Shown: positions 14,509 to 23,484, counted from the first letter of the stretch. The stretch is 24,000 bases of DNA from Caldilineae bacterium (GCA_011176545.1 DUEN01000064.1:4623-28622), one strand, 5' to 3'. The notes: a model not told the origin generated them from the sequence alone. A program made the numbers and translations.

Positions 14509-17082
14509 ATGTCCATCGCACAGGCCATCGAGGCGCTACGGCTCGAGCCGCGCTTCATGCGTTGTGTGACCGCCTGGCGGCGGCTGCCCAGGCGGCCGGG
14601 GCGATACGCTCCCCTCCCGGACTCCCTCGATGTCCGGCTGCGCCGAATGCTGGAGGCGCGAGGCATTCGCCAGCTCTATCAGCACCAGGCGATGGCGCTC
14701 TCAGCCATCGCGCAAGGGCAACACGTCGTCATCGTCACCTCCACGGCCTCGGGCAAGACGTTGTGCTATAACCTGCCCGTCCTCTCTCTCTTGCTGCAAG
14801 ACCCCGATGCCTGCGCCCTGTATCTCTTTCCCACCAAGGCGCTGGCCCATGATCAGTTAGCCGAGCTCGCCTCCTCTCTTGAGGCGCTGGGGTTGCCCTC
14901 AGCCTGGGCCAGTACGTACGATGGCGACACCCCTCAGGCCCACCGCCCTGTGGTCCGACGCATGGCCCGCCTCGTGCTGAGCAATCCCGATATGCTCCAT
15001 GTGGGTATCCTCCCCTCTCACACGCGCTGGGAACGCTTCTTCGTCAATCTGCGTTACGTCGTCCTCGATGAACTGCACACCTATCGCGGGGTATTTGGGT
15101 CGCACATGGCCAACGTGCTCCGTCGCCTGCGGCGCATATGTCGCTTCTATGGCAGCGATCCGCAGTTCATCTGTACCTCGGCGACCATCGCGAATCCGGC
15201 CGAGCTGGCCACCCGGCTCATCGAGGCGCCCGTCACCCTGATCGATCAGGATGGATCTCCCCGGGGAGAGAAGCACTTCATCATCTACAACCCGCCTGTG
15301 GTCAACGCCGAATTGGGCCTGCGTCGCAGCCCGGTGCTGGAAGCACAGCGCATCGCCACGCATCTGTTGGAGCACGGGGTTCAAACTATCGTGTTCGCTC
15401 GCGCCCGGCTGACGACGGAGGTGCTACTGACGTATTTACGGGATGCCGCGCGCCAGGTAGGGGTGCCTCCCGAGGCCGTGCGTGGATACCGGGGAGGATA
15501 TCTCCCCGTACAACGGCGGGAGATCGAGCGTGGGCTGAGGGAGGGCGCCGTGCGGGCCGTCGTCGCCACGAACGCGCTGGAGCTGGGCATCGACATCGGA
15601 CATCTGAGCGCGGCGGTGCTCACCGGATACCCGGGCACCATCGCCTCGACATGGCAACAGGCGGGCCGCGCCGGCAGGCGACACGACGTCTCCCTGGCGA
15701 TCCTCATCGCCGGAGGCGACGTGTTGGATCAGTACATCGCGGCGCATCCCGAGTATCTGTTCGAGCGCGATCCGGAGCAAGCGCTCATCCATCCGGATAA
15801 TCTGGTCATCCTCCTGAATCACGTCCGATGCGCCGCCTTCGAGTTGCCCTTCCGACGTGGGGAGCCATTCGGCAGCATCGAAGATGTGACGCCTCTCCTG
15901 GAGTATCTGGCCGACGAAGGGGTCCTCTACTCCGGCTCCGAGTCGTGGCACTGGATCAGCCAGGCATATCCGGCCGAGACTGTGTCGCTGCGCACGGCTT
16001 CTCCCGATCGCTTCGTCATCCTGAAGGTGGACGAAGAAGGGCCAGCGCAACCCATCGGCGAACTGGACCGCTTCAGCGTCCCCATGTTGTTGCACGAGGG
16101 CGCTATATACCTGCATGAGGGGCAGAGCTACATCGTCGAGAGATTGGACTGGGAGAGGAGCCAAGCATGGGTTCGGGCCGCGGAGGTCGATTACTATACC
16201 CAGGCTAGCATCACGGAGAGCGTGCACATTCGGGAGACGTATGACGAGGGTCAGCAGGGCAACGCTCTGCGAGCCCACGGTGAGGTCTCCGTCATCGCAC
16301 GGGCGACGAGGTACCGGCGTATCCGCCGCTACACGCTGGAGACGCTGGGATGGGGCGAGATCGATCTGCCCGAGCAGGAGATCGAGACGACCGCCTTCTG
16401 GTTGAGCTTCCCCGAAGAGGCCCTGGAGGAGCTGAGGGAGTCTAGGCTATGGCTCGGCGATCCCCTCGACTATGGGCCGAACTGGGAGGCGCAACGACAG
16501 CGAGCGCGGGAGCGAGATGGCTTTCGATGCGCGCAGTGCGGCGCCCCTGAACGCGATGGCCGCGAACATGACGTGCATCACATCCGCCCTCTACGGGCGT
16601 TCATCCTGGAAGCACAACGTCGCGAGCAGGACATCAGCCAGGTGTATCTGGAGGCGAATCGCCTGGAGAACCTGATCACCCTGTGCCCGGCATGCCATCG
16701 TCGGGCGGAAAACCATGTACGCACGCGTACGGGACTGTCCGGCCTCGCCCATGTCCTCTCCCACGTCGCCTCGATCCACCTGATGTGTGACCCACGCGAC
16801 CTGGGCGTGGTGACGGAAGCGCGTTCCCCGAACACGGGCTGTCCTACCATCACGCTGTACGAGAGGGTCCTGGGTGGCGTCGGATTGGCCCAGCGCCTGT
16901 TTGAGATCACCCCGACGTTGCTTGAGGACTGCAGCGACGTGATCGAGCGCTGTGGTTGCACCGTCGGGTGCCCCGCCTGTATCGGCCCCGTCTTAGACGA
17001 AACCCCTCTGGCAGACCCCAAAGGACTCGCTCAGGCGCTGATCAAGGTCGCCTTGGGCGAGCCGCTCAGCGTCAACGTTTGA
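14509..17082 (+). CDS. SF2 DEAD/DEAH-box helicase of the MrfA/YprA/SftH type (C-terminal 4-Cys Zn, DUF1998-like domain) with an inserted HNH nuclease motif
   Basis: Helicase motifs I VTSTASGKT, II DELH, III SAT and VI QQAGRAGRR. C-terminal LAHVLSHV..LMCDPRDLG and CGCTVGCPAC (16951-16980) are typical of the MrfA Zn-binding domain. The HNH signature is CAQCG...HDVHHIRP...NLITLCPACHRRAENH (16528-16716). The ORF-track start at 14488 is TTG; ATG 14509 is preceded by GGGAG. Confidence 0.85.
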   Translation: MSIAQAIEALRLEPRFMRCVTAWRRLPRRPGRYAPLPDSLDVRLRRMLEARGIRQLYQHQAMALSAIAQGQHVVIVTSTASGKTLCYNLPVLSLLLQDPDACALYLFPTKALAHDQLAELASSLEALGLPSAWASTYDGDTPQAHRPVVRRMARLVLSNPDMLHVGILPSHTRWERFFVNLRYVVLDELHTYRGVFGSHMANVLRRLRRICRFYGSDPQFICTSATIANPAELATRLIEAPVTLIDQDGSPRGEKHFIIYNPPVVNAELGLRRSPVLEAQRIATHLLEHGVQTIVFARARLTTEVLLTYLRDAARQVGVPPEAVRGYRGGYLPVQRREIERGLREGAVRAVVATNALELGIDIGHLSAAVLTGYPGTIASTWQQAGRAGRRHDVSLAILIAGGDVLDQYIAAHPEYLFERDPEQALIHPDNLVILLNHVRCAAFELPFRRGEPFGSIEDVTPLLEYLADEGVLYSGSESWHWISQAYPAETVSLRTASPDRFVILKVDEEGPAQPIGELDRFSVPMLLHEGAIYLHEGQSYIVERLDWERSQAWVRAAEVDYYTQASITESVHIRETYDEGQQGNALRAHGEVSVIARATRYRRIRRYTLETLGWGEIDLPEQEIETTAFWLSFPEEALEELRESRLWLGDPLDYGPNWEAQRQRARERDGFRCAQCGAPERDGREHDVHHIRPLRAFILEAQRREQDISQVYLEANRLENLITLCPACHRRAENHVRTRTGLSGLAHVLSHVASIHLMCDPRDLGVVTEARSPNTGCPTITLYERVLGGVGLAQRLFEITPTLLEDCSDVIERCGCTVGCPACIGPVLDETPLADPKGLAQALIKVALGEPLSVNV

Positions 17083-17323
17083 CGCCTCCCATCGCCAAGG
17101 TGTATACTGCGACCGCGCTGCATCGACGCAGCCTGACGTGTAACGAGGCCCGTCAGCACTTCTTCCCCCTCGCGCAGATGGCGGCTCCATCGCCGGAGCG
17201 CCATGAGCTATCTCTCGCTCCAGCTTTATAACGACCTGGCCTTCTTGCGCTCTGTATCCGTCAGCGCCTCGCTGGAAGAGCCGCAAGAGGCCAGTTTCGA
17301 TCGTTTTTGAGCACCTCACGAGC

Positions 17324-18523
17324 ATGAGGAGGAGAACGGTGAAGGATCTATTTCAAAAGTGCTTTCAGTTCACGGCAGCCCAGGAGGCGATAGCCCAAGG
17401 GTATTATCCATATTTCATCCCATTGGATGAGACCGAGGGGACCGTGGCCCGATATAAGGGGCACGAGCTCATCATGTGCGGCTCCAACAACTATCTGGGA
17501 CTCACCACGCATCCTAAGGTACGAGAGGCAGCCATCGAGGCCATCCGACGCTATGGCACCAGCTGTACCGGCTCCCGCTTCCTGAATGGCACGCTGGCAT
17601 TGCATGAACAGCTGGAGGCCGAACTGGCCGAATTCGTGGGCAAGGAAGCGGCGTTGGTCTTCAGCACTGGTTACCAGGTCAATCTGGGCACGATCTCCTG
17701 CCTAGTCGGGCGCAATGACGTCGTCATCCTCGACCGCGATGATCACGCCAGCATCGTGGACGGCTGTCGGCTGTCCTTCGGCAAGATCAAGCGTTTCCGT
17801 CACAATGACATGGCCGATCTGGAACGCGTGCTGCGATCTGTCCCCTCCGATGTGGGCAAACTGGTCGTCGTCGATGGCGTGTTCAGCATGGGCGGGGATA
17901 TCGCGCCGTTACCGGACATCGTCGAGCTATGCCAGAAGTACGGCGCGCGGCTTATGGTGGATGACGCGCATTCCATCGGAGTGTTAGGAGGAGGACGCGG
18001 CACAGCGGCACACTTCGGCGTCACTGACCAAGTCGATCTCATCATGTGCACGTTCTCCAAGTCGTTCGCCTCGTTAGGAGGCTTCATCGCCGGGGATGCC
18101 CCTGTGATCGACTATATCAAGCACCACGCGCGATCCCTGATCTTCAGCGCCAGCATGCCGCCAGCCAACATCGCCGCCTCTCTGGCGGCCTTGGAGGTGA
18201 TGCGAAGCGAGCCGGAGCGGATTGAGCGCCTTCTGCATAATGCCCGCAAGATGAAGGAAGGGCTGACCAGCCTGGGATTCAACACGGGCAAGAGCGAGAC
18301 CCCCATCATCCCCGTCATCATTGGTGATGACATGCTCACCTTCACCATGTGGCGCCGGCTGTTCGAGGAGGGGGTGTTCGTCAATCCGGTGATCTCGCCC
18401 GCCGTGCCGCCGAACCATCAGCTATTACGCACGAGCTACATGGCAACTCACACGGACGAACAGCTCGACCGGGTCCTGGAGATCTTTGAGAAAGTCGGCC
18501 GGGAGCTGGGGATCATCCCATGA
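17324..18523 (+). CDS. PLP-dependent alpha-oxoamine synthase, serine palmitoyltransferase-like (BioF/KBL/SPT family)
   Basis: [49 protein letters not shown], the PLP-lysine motif CTFSKSF, and FSASMPP. The GSR.LNGT and RFRHN segments resemble Sphingomonas SPT more than E. coli KBL or BioF as I recall them. Alternative start GTG 17339 follows AGGAGGAG. Confidence 0.8.
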   Translation: MRRRTVKDLFQKCFQFTAAQEAIAQGYYPYFIPLDETEGTVARYKGHELIMCGSNNYLGLTTHPKVREAAIEAIRRYGTSCTGSRFLNGTLALHEQLEAELAEFVGKEAALVFSTGYQVNLGTISCLVGRNDVVILDRDDHASIVDGCRLSFGKIKRFRHNDMADLERVLRSVPSDVGKLVVVDGVFSMGGDIAPLPDIVELCQKYGARLMVDDAHSIGVLGGGRGTAAHFGVTDQVDLIMCTFSKSFASLGGFIAGDAPVIDYIKHHARSLIFSASMPPANIAASLAALEVMRSEPERIERLLHNARKMKEGLTSLGFNTGKSETPIIPVIIGDDMLTFTMWRRLFEEGVFVNPVISPAVPPNHQLLRTSYMATHTDEQLDRVLEIFEKVGRELGIIP

Positions 18524-19172
18524 AGACCAGGTACCCAAAGCGTTCGGGGACATGATACGTCTCAGCCCGGGTGGGGGCCCAGGCGTAAAAATGAGGGGCC
18601 GCGTCTTGTGGCCGCTCGATGCGGTACAACCCCAGTCGCCAGACGTCCCCCGGCTTAGGGAGACGAGGTGCCGTATATATCTCGACCAGCGGGATAGCCA
18701 TCTCCACCGTCCACCCGCGGTCCTCATCCGTCCGGTTGTCCAGGGTGCCCTCCACCCGCACGGCTGTCCGCCATCCCTGGCAGTCCCACTCAAAGAACGT
18801 TTGAGGTGGCTCGCCGGGGCGTTTGACCACCATGAGGTCAAGCTGAACGTTGCGCGGGCTGACCTCGAACTCAAAGTAGAGGCGGCCGTTTCGATTGGCA
18901 TCCAGGAAAACCTCGACGACCTCCTCCTCCCACAGATGGCTATCTCGCTCCAGCATCGTCCCCCAGACGTCCGGATCCTCACACGCGAACGCCACGTACA
19001 GATAGTCATCATCCCACAACAGCCAGGCCTCGGTGCGAAACGACGCTGGCCCACCGTCGTGATTGCGTACCAGCGAGGCCACATCAGCCTTCGCCCATGC
19101 AGACTCTTCCAAACACCCATCGATCACGATAGGTTCTTCCGCGCGGCGGCAGATGTAGATGGGTAGACTCAT
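18513..19172 (-). CDS. Carbohydrate-binding family 9 (CBM9/DOMON-like) domain protein
   Basis: [15 protein letters not shown]...[18 protein letters not shown]...[11 protein letters not shown]...YFEFEVSP.N...WRLGLYRIE is the pattern of CBM9_2-type domains. No signal peptide seen. Its 3' end overlaps the convergent gene by 11 nt (18513-18523). Confidence 0.6.
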   Translation of the reverse strand: MSLPIYICRRAEEPIVIDGCLEESAWAKADVASLVRNHDGGPASFRTEAWLLWDDDYLYVAFACEDPDVWGTMLERDSHLWEEEVVEVFLDANRNGRLYFEFEVSPRNVQLDLMVVKRPGEPPQTFFEWDCQGWRTAVRVEGTLDNRTDEDRGWTVEMAIPLVEIYTAPRLPKPGDVWRLGLYRIERPQDAAPHFYAWAPTRAETYHVPERFGYLVFMG

Positions 19173-19196
19173 GGTGCCCCTCTCCCTGAGATGACG

Positions 19197-19613
19197 TTAC
19201 TCGCCCATGCATTGTACGACCAGCTCACGGTGGCGCGGCCGGACGTCAAAATCGACGAAAACGATGTGCTGCCATGTCCCCAACGTCAGCCGGCCGTTGA
19301 CCACCGGCACCGTGAACGAAGCCTTCAATAACGCGGCCCGCACGTGAGCGTGGCCATTGCCATCCCCCCAGCGCAGATTATGACGATAGTCGATGGACTC
19401 TGGAGCGACGCGCTCAAAGAGCGCCTGGAGATCGGCCACGCATCCTGGCTCATATTCCAGCGTCGTGAGCCCACTGGTGGCGCTGGGACTGAAGATGGTG
19501 ACGATGCCGTTCTTGATGCCGCTATCGGCCACCGCCTTGGCCACCTGATCTGTCACATCGATGACGTCTCCGTGTCCACGAGTGTCCATGGCAACATATT
19601 GGGTAACGACCAT
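19197..19613 (-). CDS. yjbQ: YjbQ/UPF0047 family protein (secondary thiamine-phosphate synthase family)
   Basis: GHGDVIDVTDQV..., GIVTIFSPSATSGLTTLEYEPG, DGNGHAHVRAALLKASFTVPVVNGRLTLGTWQHIVFVDFD and RPRHRELVV are family hallmarks. ATG 19613 is preceded by GGAGGAG (the track start at 19625 is GTG). Confidence 0.85.
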   Translation of the reverse strand: MVVTQYVAMDTRGHGDVIDVTDQVAKAVADSGIKNGIVTIFSPSATSGLTTLEYEPGCVADLQALFERVAPESIDYRHNLRWGDGNGHAHVRAALLKASFTVPVVNGRLTLGTWQHIVFVDFDVRPRHRELVVQCMGE

Positions 19614-19682
19614 GATCTCCTCCACAAGCTACGAAGATAGGTACATGACGAGAGACGCGGGTTGACAGGCATACTAACCATG

Positions 19683-19712
19683 ATTCTACCACAAAGCGCT
19701 GATCCCTATAAA
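19683..19712 (-). promoter_or_regulatory. Candidate extended -10 promoter for yjbQ and the CBM9-like gene
   Basis: Minus-sense TGgTAGAAT (plus-strand attctacca at 19683-19691). A weak TTTATA lies 18 nt upstream. About 70 nt upstream of ATG 19613. Confidence 0.3.
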
Positions 19713-19735
19713 GGGACACCCTCGGCGATCCCCAG

Positions 19736-19764
19736 TTGCCCCTCACAAGGCCATGAGGTAGAAT
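19736..19764 (+). promoter_or_regulatory. Candidate promoter for the pduO-nfo-isomerase operon
   Basis: TTGCCC (19736-19741), 17-nt spacer, TAGAAT (19759-19764). It shares GGTAGAATC with the divergent candidate. 32 nt upstream of ATG 19796. Confidence 0.35.
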
Positions 19765-19795
19765 CGAAGCACCATTGATCATGAGAGGATACTGG

Positions 19796-20353
19796 ATGGC
19801 TTCCGGGAAGTTTTATACTGGGGCGGGGGACGAAGGATATACGGGCGTGCTGGGGCAGGATCGCGTCCCCAAGTACGACTTACGCCCCGTTGCCTATGGC
19901 ACCGTGGACGAGACGACCTCCTTCCTAGGCTTGGCGAAGACGATGGCTCGTTCCCCGCGTACGGTCGAGATCATCCAGCAGGTGCAACGCGACCTCTGCG
20001 CTCTGATGGCCGACCTGGCCACGCTGCCGGACGCGGCGACTCGTCCTCCCTGGCTGAAAGCGGAGCGGATCACCTGGCTGGAGGATCAGATCGACGCGCT
20101 GGAGGAAGAGATAGTCGTCCCCGCCGCCTTTATCCTGCCTGGCGATAGCCCATGTGGGGCCATGTTGGACGTCGCCCGGGCTGTGGCCCGCCGGGCGGAG
20201 CGCCATGTGGCGCGGCTATATCACCAGGGAGGACTCCGTAACGGCGATCCGCTGCGCTACCTGAACCGCCTGTCCTCGCTGCTCTTCGCGTTGGCCCGCT
20301 TCGAGGACCGCGCCGCGGGGGTTGAGGAGTTCACCCTGGCTCATCTGGAGTGA
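19796..20353 (+). CDS. pduO: PduO-type ATP:cob(I)alamin adenosyltransferase
   Basis: N-terminal KFYTGAGDEGYTG (family pattern IYTKTGDKGxT), RAVARRAER and YLNRLSSLLFALAR. ATG 19796 is preceded by GAGAGGA (the track start at 19775 is TTG). Confidence 0.85.
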   Translation: MASGKFYTGAGDEGYTGVLGQDRVPKYDLRPVAYGTVDETTSFLGLAKTMARSPRTVEIIQQVQRDLCALMADLATLPDAATRPPWLKAERITWLEDQIDALEEEIVVPAAFILPGDSPCGAMLDVARAVARRAERHVARLYHQGGLRNGDPLRYLNRLSSLLFALARFEDRAAGVEEFTLAHLE

Positions 20354-20366
20354 GAGGGAGACAACT

Positions 20367-21221
20367 ATGCCTGGGCGGCTCGGTGCGCACATGTCCATCG
20401 CAGGCGGCGTCAGCAAGGCATTCGACCGCGGCGAGCAGGTAGGCTGTGAGGCCATGCAGATCTTCACGAAGAACCAGAACCAATGGCGGGCCAAGCCGCT
20501 GGAGCCGGAGGAAGTCGAGCGTTTCTACCGGCGGCAGCGGGAGACGGGCATCGGCCCCGTGGTGGCTCACGATGCCTACCTGATCAATCTGGCATCGCCT
20601 GATGACGCGTTGTGGGAGAAATCGCTGAAAGCCTTCATCGACGAACTGGAACGGGCTGAGGCGCTCGGCCTACTGGGCGTGGTCATGCATCCCGGCTCCC
20701 ATACCGGCGCGGGCGAGGAGGTCGGGCTCGATCGGATCGCGCGAGCGCTGGATCGCGCCCACGCCGCGACCCAGGGATTTCGCGTGCTGACCATCCTCGA
20801 GATCACGGCTGGCCAGGGCACGAACCTGGGCTATACGTTTGAGCAGCTGGCAGCCATCCGCCAGGCGGTGGATGATCCCGCTCGGGTGGGCGTCTGTTTC
20901 GACACGGCACACGCCCTGGCGGCCGGGTATGAATTCAGGACACCTGACACTTACGCGGCCATGTGGGAGCACTTCGACGAAGTGCTGGGGCTCGATCTGA
21001 TCAAGTGCTTCCATCTCAATGATAGCAAGCGAGACCTCGGCAGCCGCGTCGATCGGCATACCCACATCGGACAGGGATATGTCGGCCTGGAGGCCTTCCG
21101 CTTGCTCATCAATGATCCCCGATTCGATGGCCTGCCCATGTTGTTGGAGACCCCGAAGGGGCCTGACATGAAAGAGGATATCGAAAACCTTCGCGTCTTA
21201 CGGAGCCTGATCGAGTCATAG
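20367..21221 (+). CDS. nfo: Endonuclease IV (AP endonuclease, Nfo family)
   Basis: LGAHMSIAGG, VAHDAYLINLASPD, VMHPGSH, CFDTAHALAAGY, FHLNDSK...GSRVDRHTHIGQG and LETP are the metal-binding hallmarks of Nfo. ATG 20367 follows GAGGGAG. Confidence 0.9.
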   Translation: MPGRLGAHMSIAGGVSKAFDRGEQVGCEAMQIFTKNQNQWRAKPLEPEEVERFYRRQRETGIGPVVAHDAYLINLASPDDALWEKSLKAFIDELERAEALGLLGVVMHPGSHTGAGEEVGLDRIARALDRAHAATQGFRVLTILEITAGQGTNLGYTFEQLAAIRQAVDDPARVGVCFDTAHALAAGYEFRTPDTYAAMWEHFDEVLGLDLIKCFHLNDSKRDLGSRVDRHTHIGQGYVGLEAFRLLINDPRFDGLPMLLETPKGPDMKEDIENLRVLRSLIES

Positions 21222-21250
21222 CACGAACATCTATGTTAGGAGGGAGCGCG

Positions 21251-22663
21251 ATGAAACAACCAACGTTGGGCGTCATCATCGGCAACCGGGGCTTCTTCCC
21301 CAGCCATCTGTGTCGGGAAGGAAGGGAAACGATTCTGAAGGTGCTCGAGGAGGAGGGGATCAAGGCGATCCTACTGTCGCCGGAGGATACGGAGTTTGGC
21401 AGCGTGGAGAGTCTGGAAGACGCGGAGAAGTGCGCCGCGTTGTTCAAGCGACACGCGGACGAGATCGATGGCGTCCTGGTCACGCTGCCCAATTTCGGCG
21501 ACGAGCGCGCGGTGGCGAACGCGCTGCGCTGGTCCGGCCTCAACGTGCCGGTCCTGGTGCACGCGTTCCCTGACGACGCCACCCGGATGACCGTCGAGTA
21601 TCGCCGTGATTCCTTCTGTGGGAAGATGTCCGTCTGCAATAACCTGAAGCAATATGGGATCCCGTTCTCGCTGACCACGCTTCACACCGTGGATCCCGAA
21701 TCGGACAGCTTCCGTCAGGATCTGCGCACCTTTATAGGCACGTGTCGCATCGTCAAGGGGCTGCGCGGCGTCCGTATGGGGATGCTCGGCGCCCGTCCGA
21801 CCGCGTTTAACACCGTGCGCTTCAGCGAGAAGCTGTTAGAGCGCGTGGGCATCAGCGTGGAGACGCTGGACCTCTCCGAGGTGTTCGGGCGCATCAACCG
21901 CCTGAGTGACGACGACCCGGCCGTGAAAGCGAAGCGGGAGGAGATTGAGAACTACATGCCCACTACGGGCGTGCCCGCCGAGGCGCTGAACAAAATGGCC
22001 AAGCTCGGGGTGGTGGTGCAGCGCTGGATGGAGGAGAATCGGCTCCGGGCCACCGCCGTGCAATGCTGGACCTCAATGGAGGAGTTCTTCGGCGTGGTCC
22101 CGTGCACCATCATGAGCATGCTGAGCAACGCCCTGCTCCCCAGCGCCTGCGAGACGGACATCGCTGGCGTGGTCGGCATGTACATCCTGCAGTTGGCCTC
22201 TGGCAAGCCCAGCGCGCTGGTGGACTGGAATAACAACTACGGCGATGATCCCGACAAGGGCGTCATCTTCCACTGTTCCAACCTGCCCAAGGCGCTGTTC
22301 GCTGAGGGCCCCGTGATGGATTATCAGGCGATCATCGCCGGCACCGTGGGGAAGGAGAACACGTACGGGACCGTGGTTGGTCGGCTGAAGGCCGGTCCGT
22401 TCACCTATTGCCGCGTCTCCACCGACGACACGCGCGGCGTGATCACAGCTTACACCGGCGAAGGCAGGCTCACGGACGATCCGATACAGACTTTCGGCGG
22501 CTACGGGGTGGTGGAGATCCCGAACCTGCAGAAGCTGTTGCGTCACATCTGCGAGAACGGCTACGAGCATCACGTCGCCATCAACCCAGCGCAGGTAGCC
22601 GACGCCGTGGCCGAGGCGCTGGGCAAATATATGGGGTGGGAGATCTATTACCACCGGGGGTAG
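21251..22663 (+). CDS. L-fucose isomerase family protein (COG2407-like sugar isomerase)
   Basis: N-terminal LGVIIGNRGFFP..L, VTLPNFGDE, RDSFCGK.SVCNNL and GARP..F.TVRF follow the pattern of FucI-like isomerases. ATG 21251 follows AGGAGGGAG (the track start 21233 lacks an RBS). Confidence 0.7.
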   Translation: MKQPTLGVIIGNRGFFPSHLCREGRETILKVLEEEGIKAILLSPEDTEFGSVESLEDAEKCAALFKRHADEIDGVLVTLPNFGDERAVANALRWSGLNVPVLVHAFPDDATRMTVEYRRDSFCGKMSVCNNLKQYGIPFSLTTLHTVDPESDSFRQDLRTFIGTCRIVKGLRGVRMGMLGARPTAFNTVRFSEKLLERVGISVETLDLSEVFGRINRLSDDDPAVKAKREEIENYMPTTGVPAEALNKMAKLGVVVQRWMEENRLRATAVQCWTSMEEFFGVVPCTIMSMLSNALLPSACETDIAGVVGMYILQLASGKPSALVDWNNNYGDDPDKGVIFHCSNLPKALFAEGPVMDYQAIIAGTVGKENTYGTVVGRLKAGPFTYCRVSTDDTRGVITAYTGEGRLTDDPIQTFGGYGVVEIPNLQKLLRHICENGYEHHVAINPAQVADAVAEALGKYMGWEIYYHRG

Positions 22664-22688
22664 GCGGGGCAAGGGCGGTGACCCCGCC
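22663..22688 (+). terminator. GC-rich hairpin overlapping and immediately downstream of the isomerase stop (weak terminator candidate)
   Basis: GGCGGGG (22663-22669) pairs with CCCCGCC (22682-22688) around a 12-nt loop. No T-run follows. Confidence 0.3.
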
Positions 22689-22702
22689 CCGGCATTCTCA
22701 CC

Positions 22703-22845
22703 CTCGGGACAACGTATGCGTTGCCTGCCCTGGGGGATGAAGAAAGCGCAGATCCAATGTAGGGGCGACCGGCCGGTCGCCCCTATATTATGTAAAAAAC
22801 AATCTGGCGTTGTCTATATTTGTCGCGTATGCCGATAAGAGCAAA
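22703..22845 (-). repeat. One-ended (partial) copy of the repeat family
   Basis: CTCGGGACAACGTATGCGTTGCCTGCC (22703-22729) matches 4627-4651. Perfect palindrome TAGGGGCGACCGG/CCGGTCGCCCCTA at 22760-22785. The reverse complement of 22821-22845 is TTTGCTCTTATCGGCATACGCGACA (21/25 to the motif). No left terminal repeat found. Confidence 0.5.
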
Positions 22846-22865
22846 GTGCTTAAATTGATACCTAT

Positions 22866-22886
22866 GGGGCGCATGATATGCGCCCC
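22866..22886 (-). terminator. Perfect hairpin 9 nt downstream of the orphan gene stop; same GGGGCGCA...TGCGCCCC core as the repeat-family palindromes
   Basis: GGGGCGCAT-gat-ATGCGCCCC gives a 9-bp stem with a 3-nt loop. In minus sense it is followed by the A/U-rich AUAGGUAUCAAUUUAAG. Confidence 0.4.
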
Positions 22887-22894
22887 TGGTTCGT

Positions 22895-23350
22895 TCATGG
22901 CGAGCACCCCCATGACGCGGCGCCTGTGGAAGCCATGTCATCAGCTAGCGTCTGAGCCGCGCGGGTTAGCCTACTCATCGCTTCCTCGTCCAGGTCCGTC
23001 ATGAGCCTGGGCAGGAACTCGCATAGCATAGCTACGTGGCGCAAAAACTCGGCCAGGTCAGCGCGGGTCAGCCCCGTCCCCAACATGTTCGGGATTAGAT
23101 CATCAACCCAGTGGGCCAGATGTGTCCTTCGCAATGTATCCAGTCGCTCAGGTGGGTCAGGCATGCTCGCCAGGCAGAAGTTGAAAAGTTCCACGCTCTC
23201 CCACGCCCGCACAAGATCGACGGGTGGCGTGCCGAGGCTGGCCAGGTACGACATAAACGCCTCGGCCGCCGATCGCGGCAGTAATGGCTCCCAATCGATC
23301 GCCGCGTAATACTCGGCACACCGACGCATCACGTAGGCGAGGCTTTTCAA
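22895..23350 (-). CDS. Hypothetical protein (151 aa, predicted helical, no family recognised)
   Basis: Longest ORF in this interval. TTG start is preceded by GGGGGAG at 8-nt spacing, with alternative GTG/ATG starts 6-7 codons in. A hairpin follows the stop. Composition is not shadow-ORF-like. No motif I can assign. Confidence 0.5.
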   Translation of the reverse strand: MKSLAYVMRRCAEYYAAIDWEPLLPRSAAEAFMSYLASLGTPPVDLVRAWESVELFNFCLASMPDPPERLDTLRRTHLAHWVDDLIPNMLGTGLTRADLAEFLRHVAMLCEFLPRLMTDLDEEAMSRLTRAAQTLADDMASTGAASWGCSP

Positions 23351-23484
23351 TTCCCCAACTCCCCCTCTCTCTACGTCGGTTTTCCTTCAGACGACGGCGG
23401 GTAAATCCCACCCATGAGAAAATATCCTCCAAGCGCTGCCATTTATGCGGCGCCCATTGGCCAAACAGCCTCCTGTGAACTCTA

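Noticed and set aside
14509-17082. Helicase with a DUF1998-like domain as part of a DISARM-type or other multigene defence system
   Set aside because: The helicase and Zn domain are fused in one MrfA/YprA-like polypeptide. No methyltransferase, PLD nuclease, DrmB-like or other defence partner is adjacent. The neighbours are housekeeping-type genes on other transcription units.
17203-17310. 35-codon ORF ([35 protein letters not shown]) just upstream of the SPT-like gene, considered as a leader peptide or mini-ACP
   Set aside because: It is far too short for an acyl carrier protein, has no DSL-type phosphopantetheine motif, and has only a weak, closely spaced GGAG. There is no basis for a call.
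17324-18523. Naming the alpha-oxoamine synthase bioF or kbl
   Set aside because: There are no bioA/B/D or tdh neighbours. Motif-level resemblance is closer to SPT. Substrate cannot be decided from sequence alone, so no gene symbol is given.
18513-18523. 11-nt convergent overlap of the SPT-like and CBM9-like genes as a regulatory feature
   Set aside because: Short 3'-3' overlaps are common in compact GC-rich genomes. There is no additional structure or motif at the overlap.
4571-22886. The GTAGGGGCG...CGCCCCTAC palindromes as a possible CRISPR array
   Set aside because: The copies are dispersed over four separate intergenic regions with irregular spacing. They are themselves near-perfect palindromes of variable sequence, and there are no cas genes. 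REP/MITE-type repeats explain them better.
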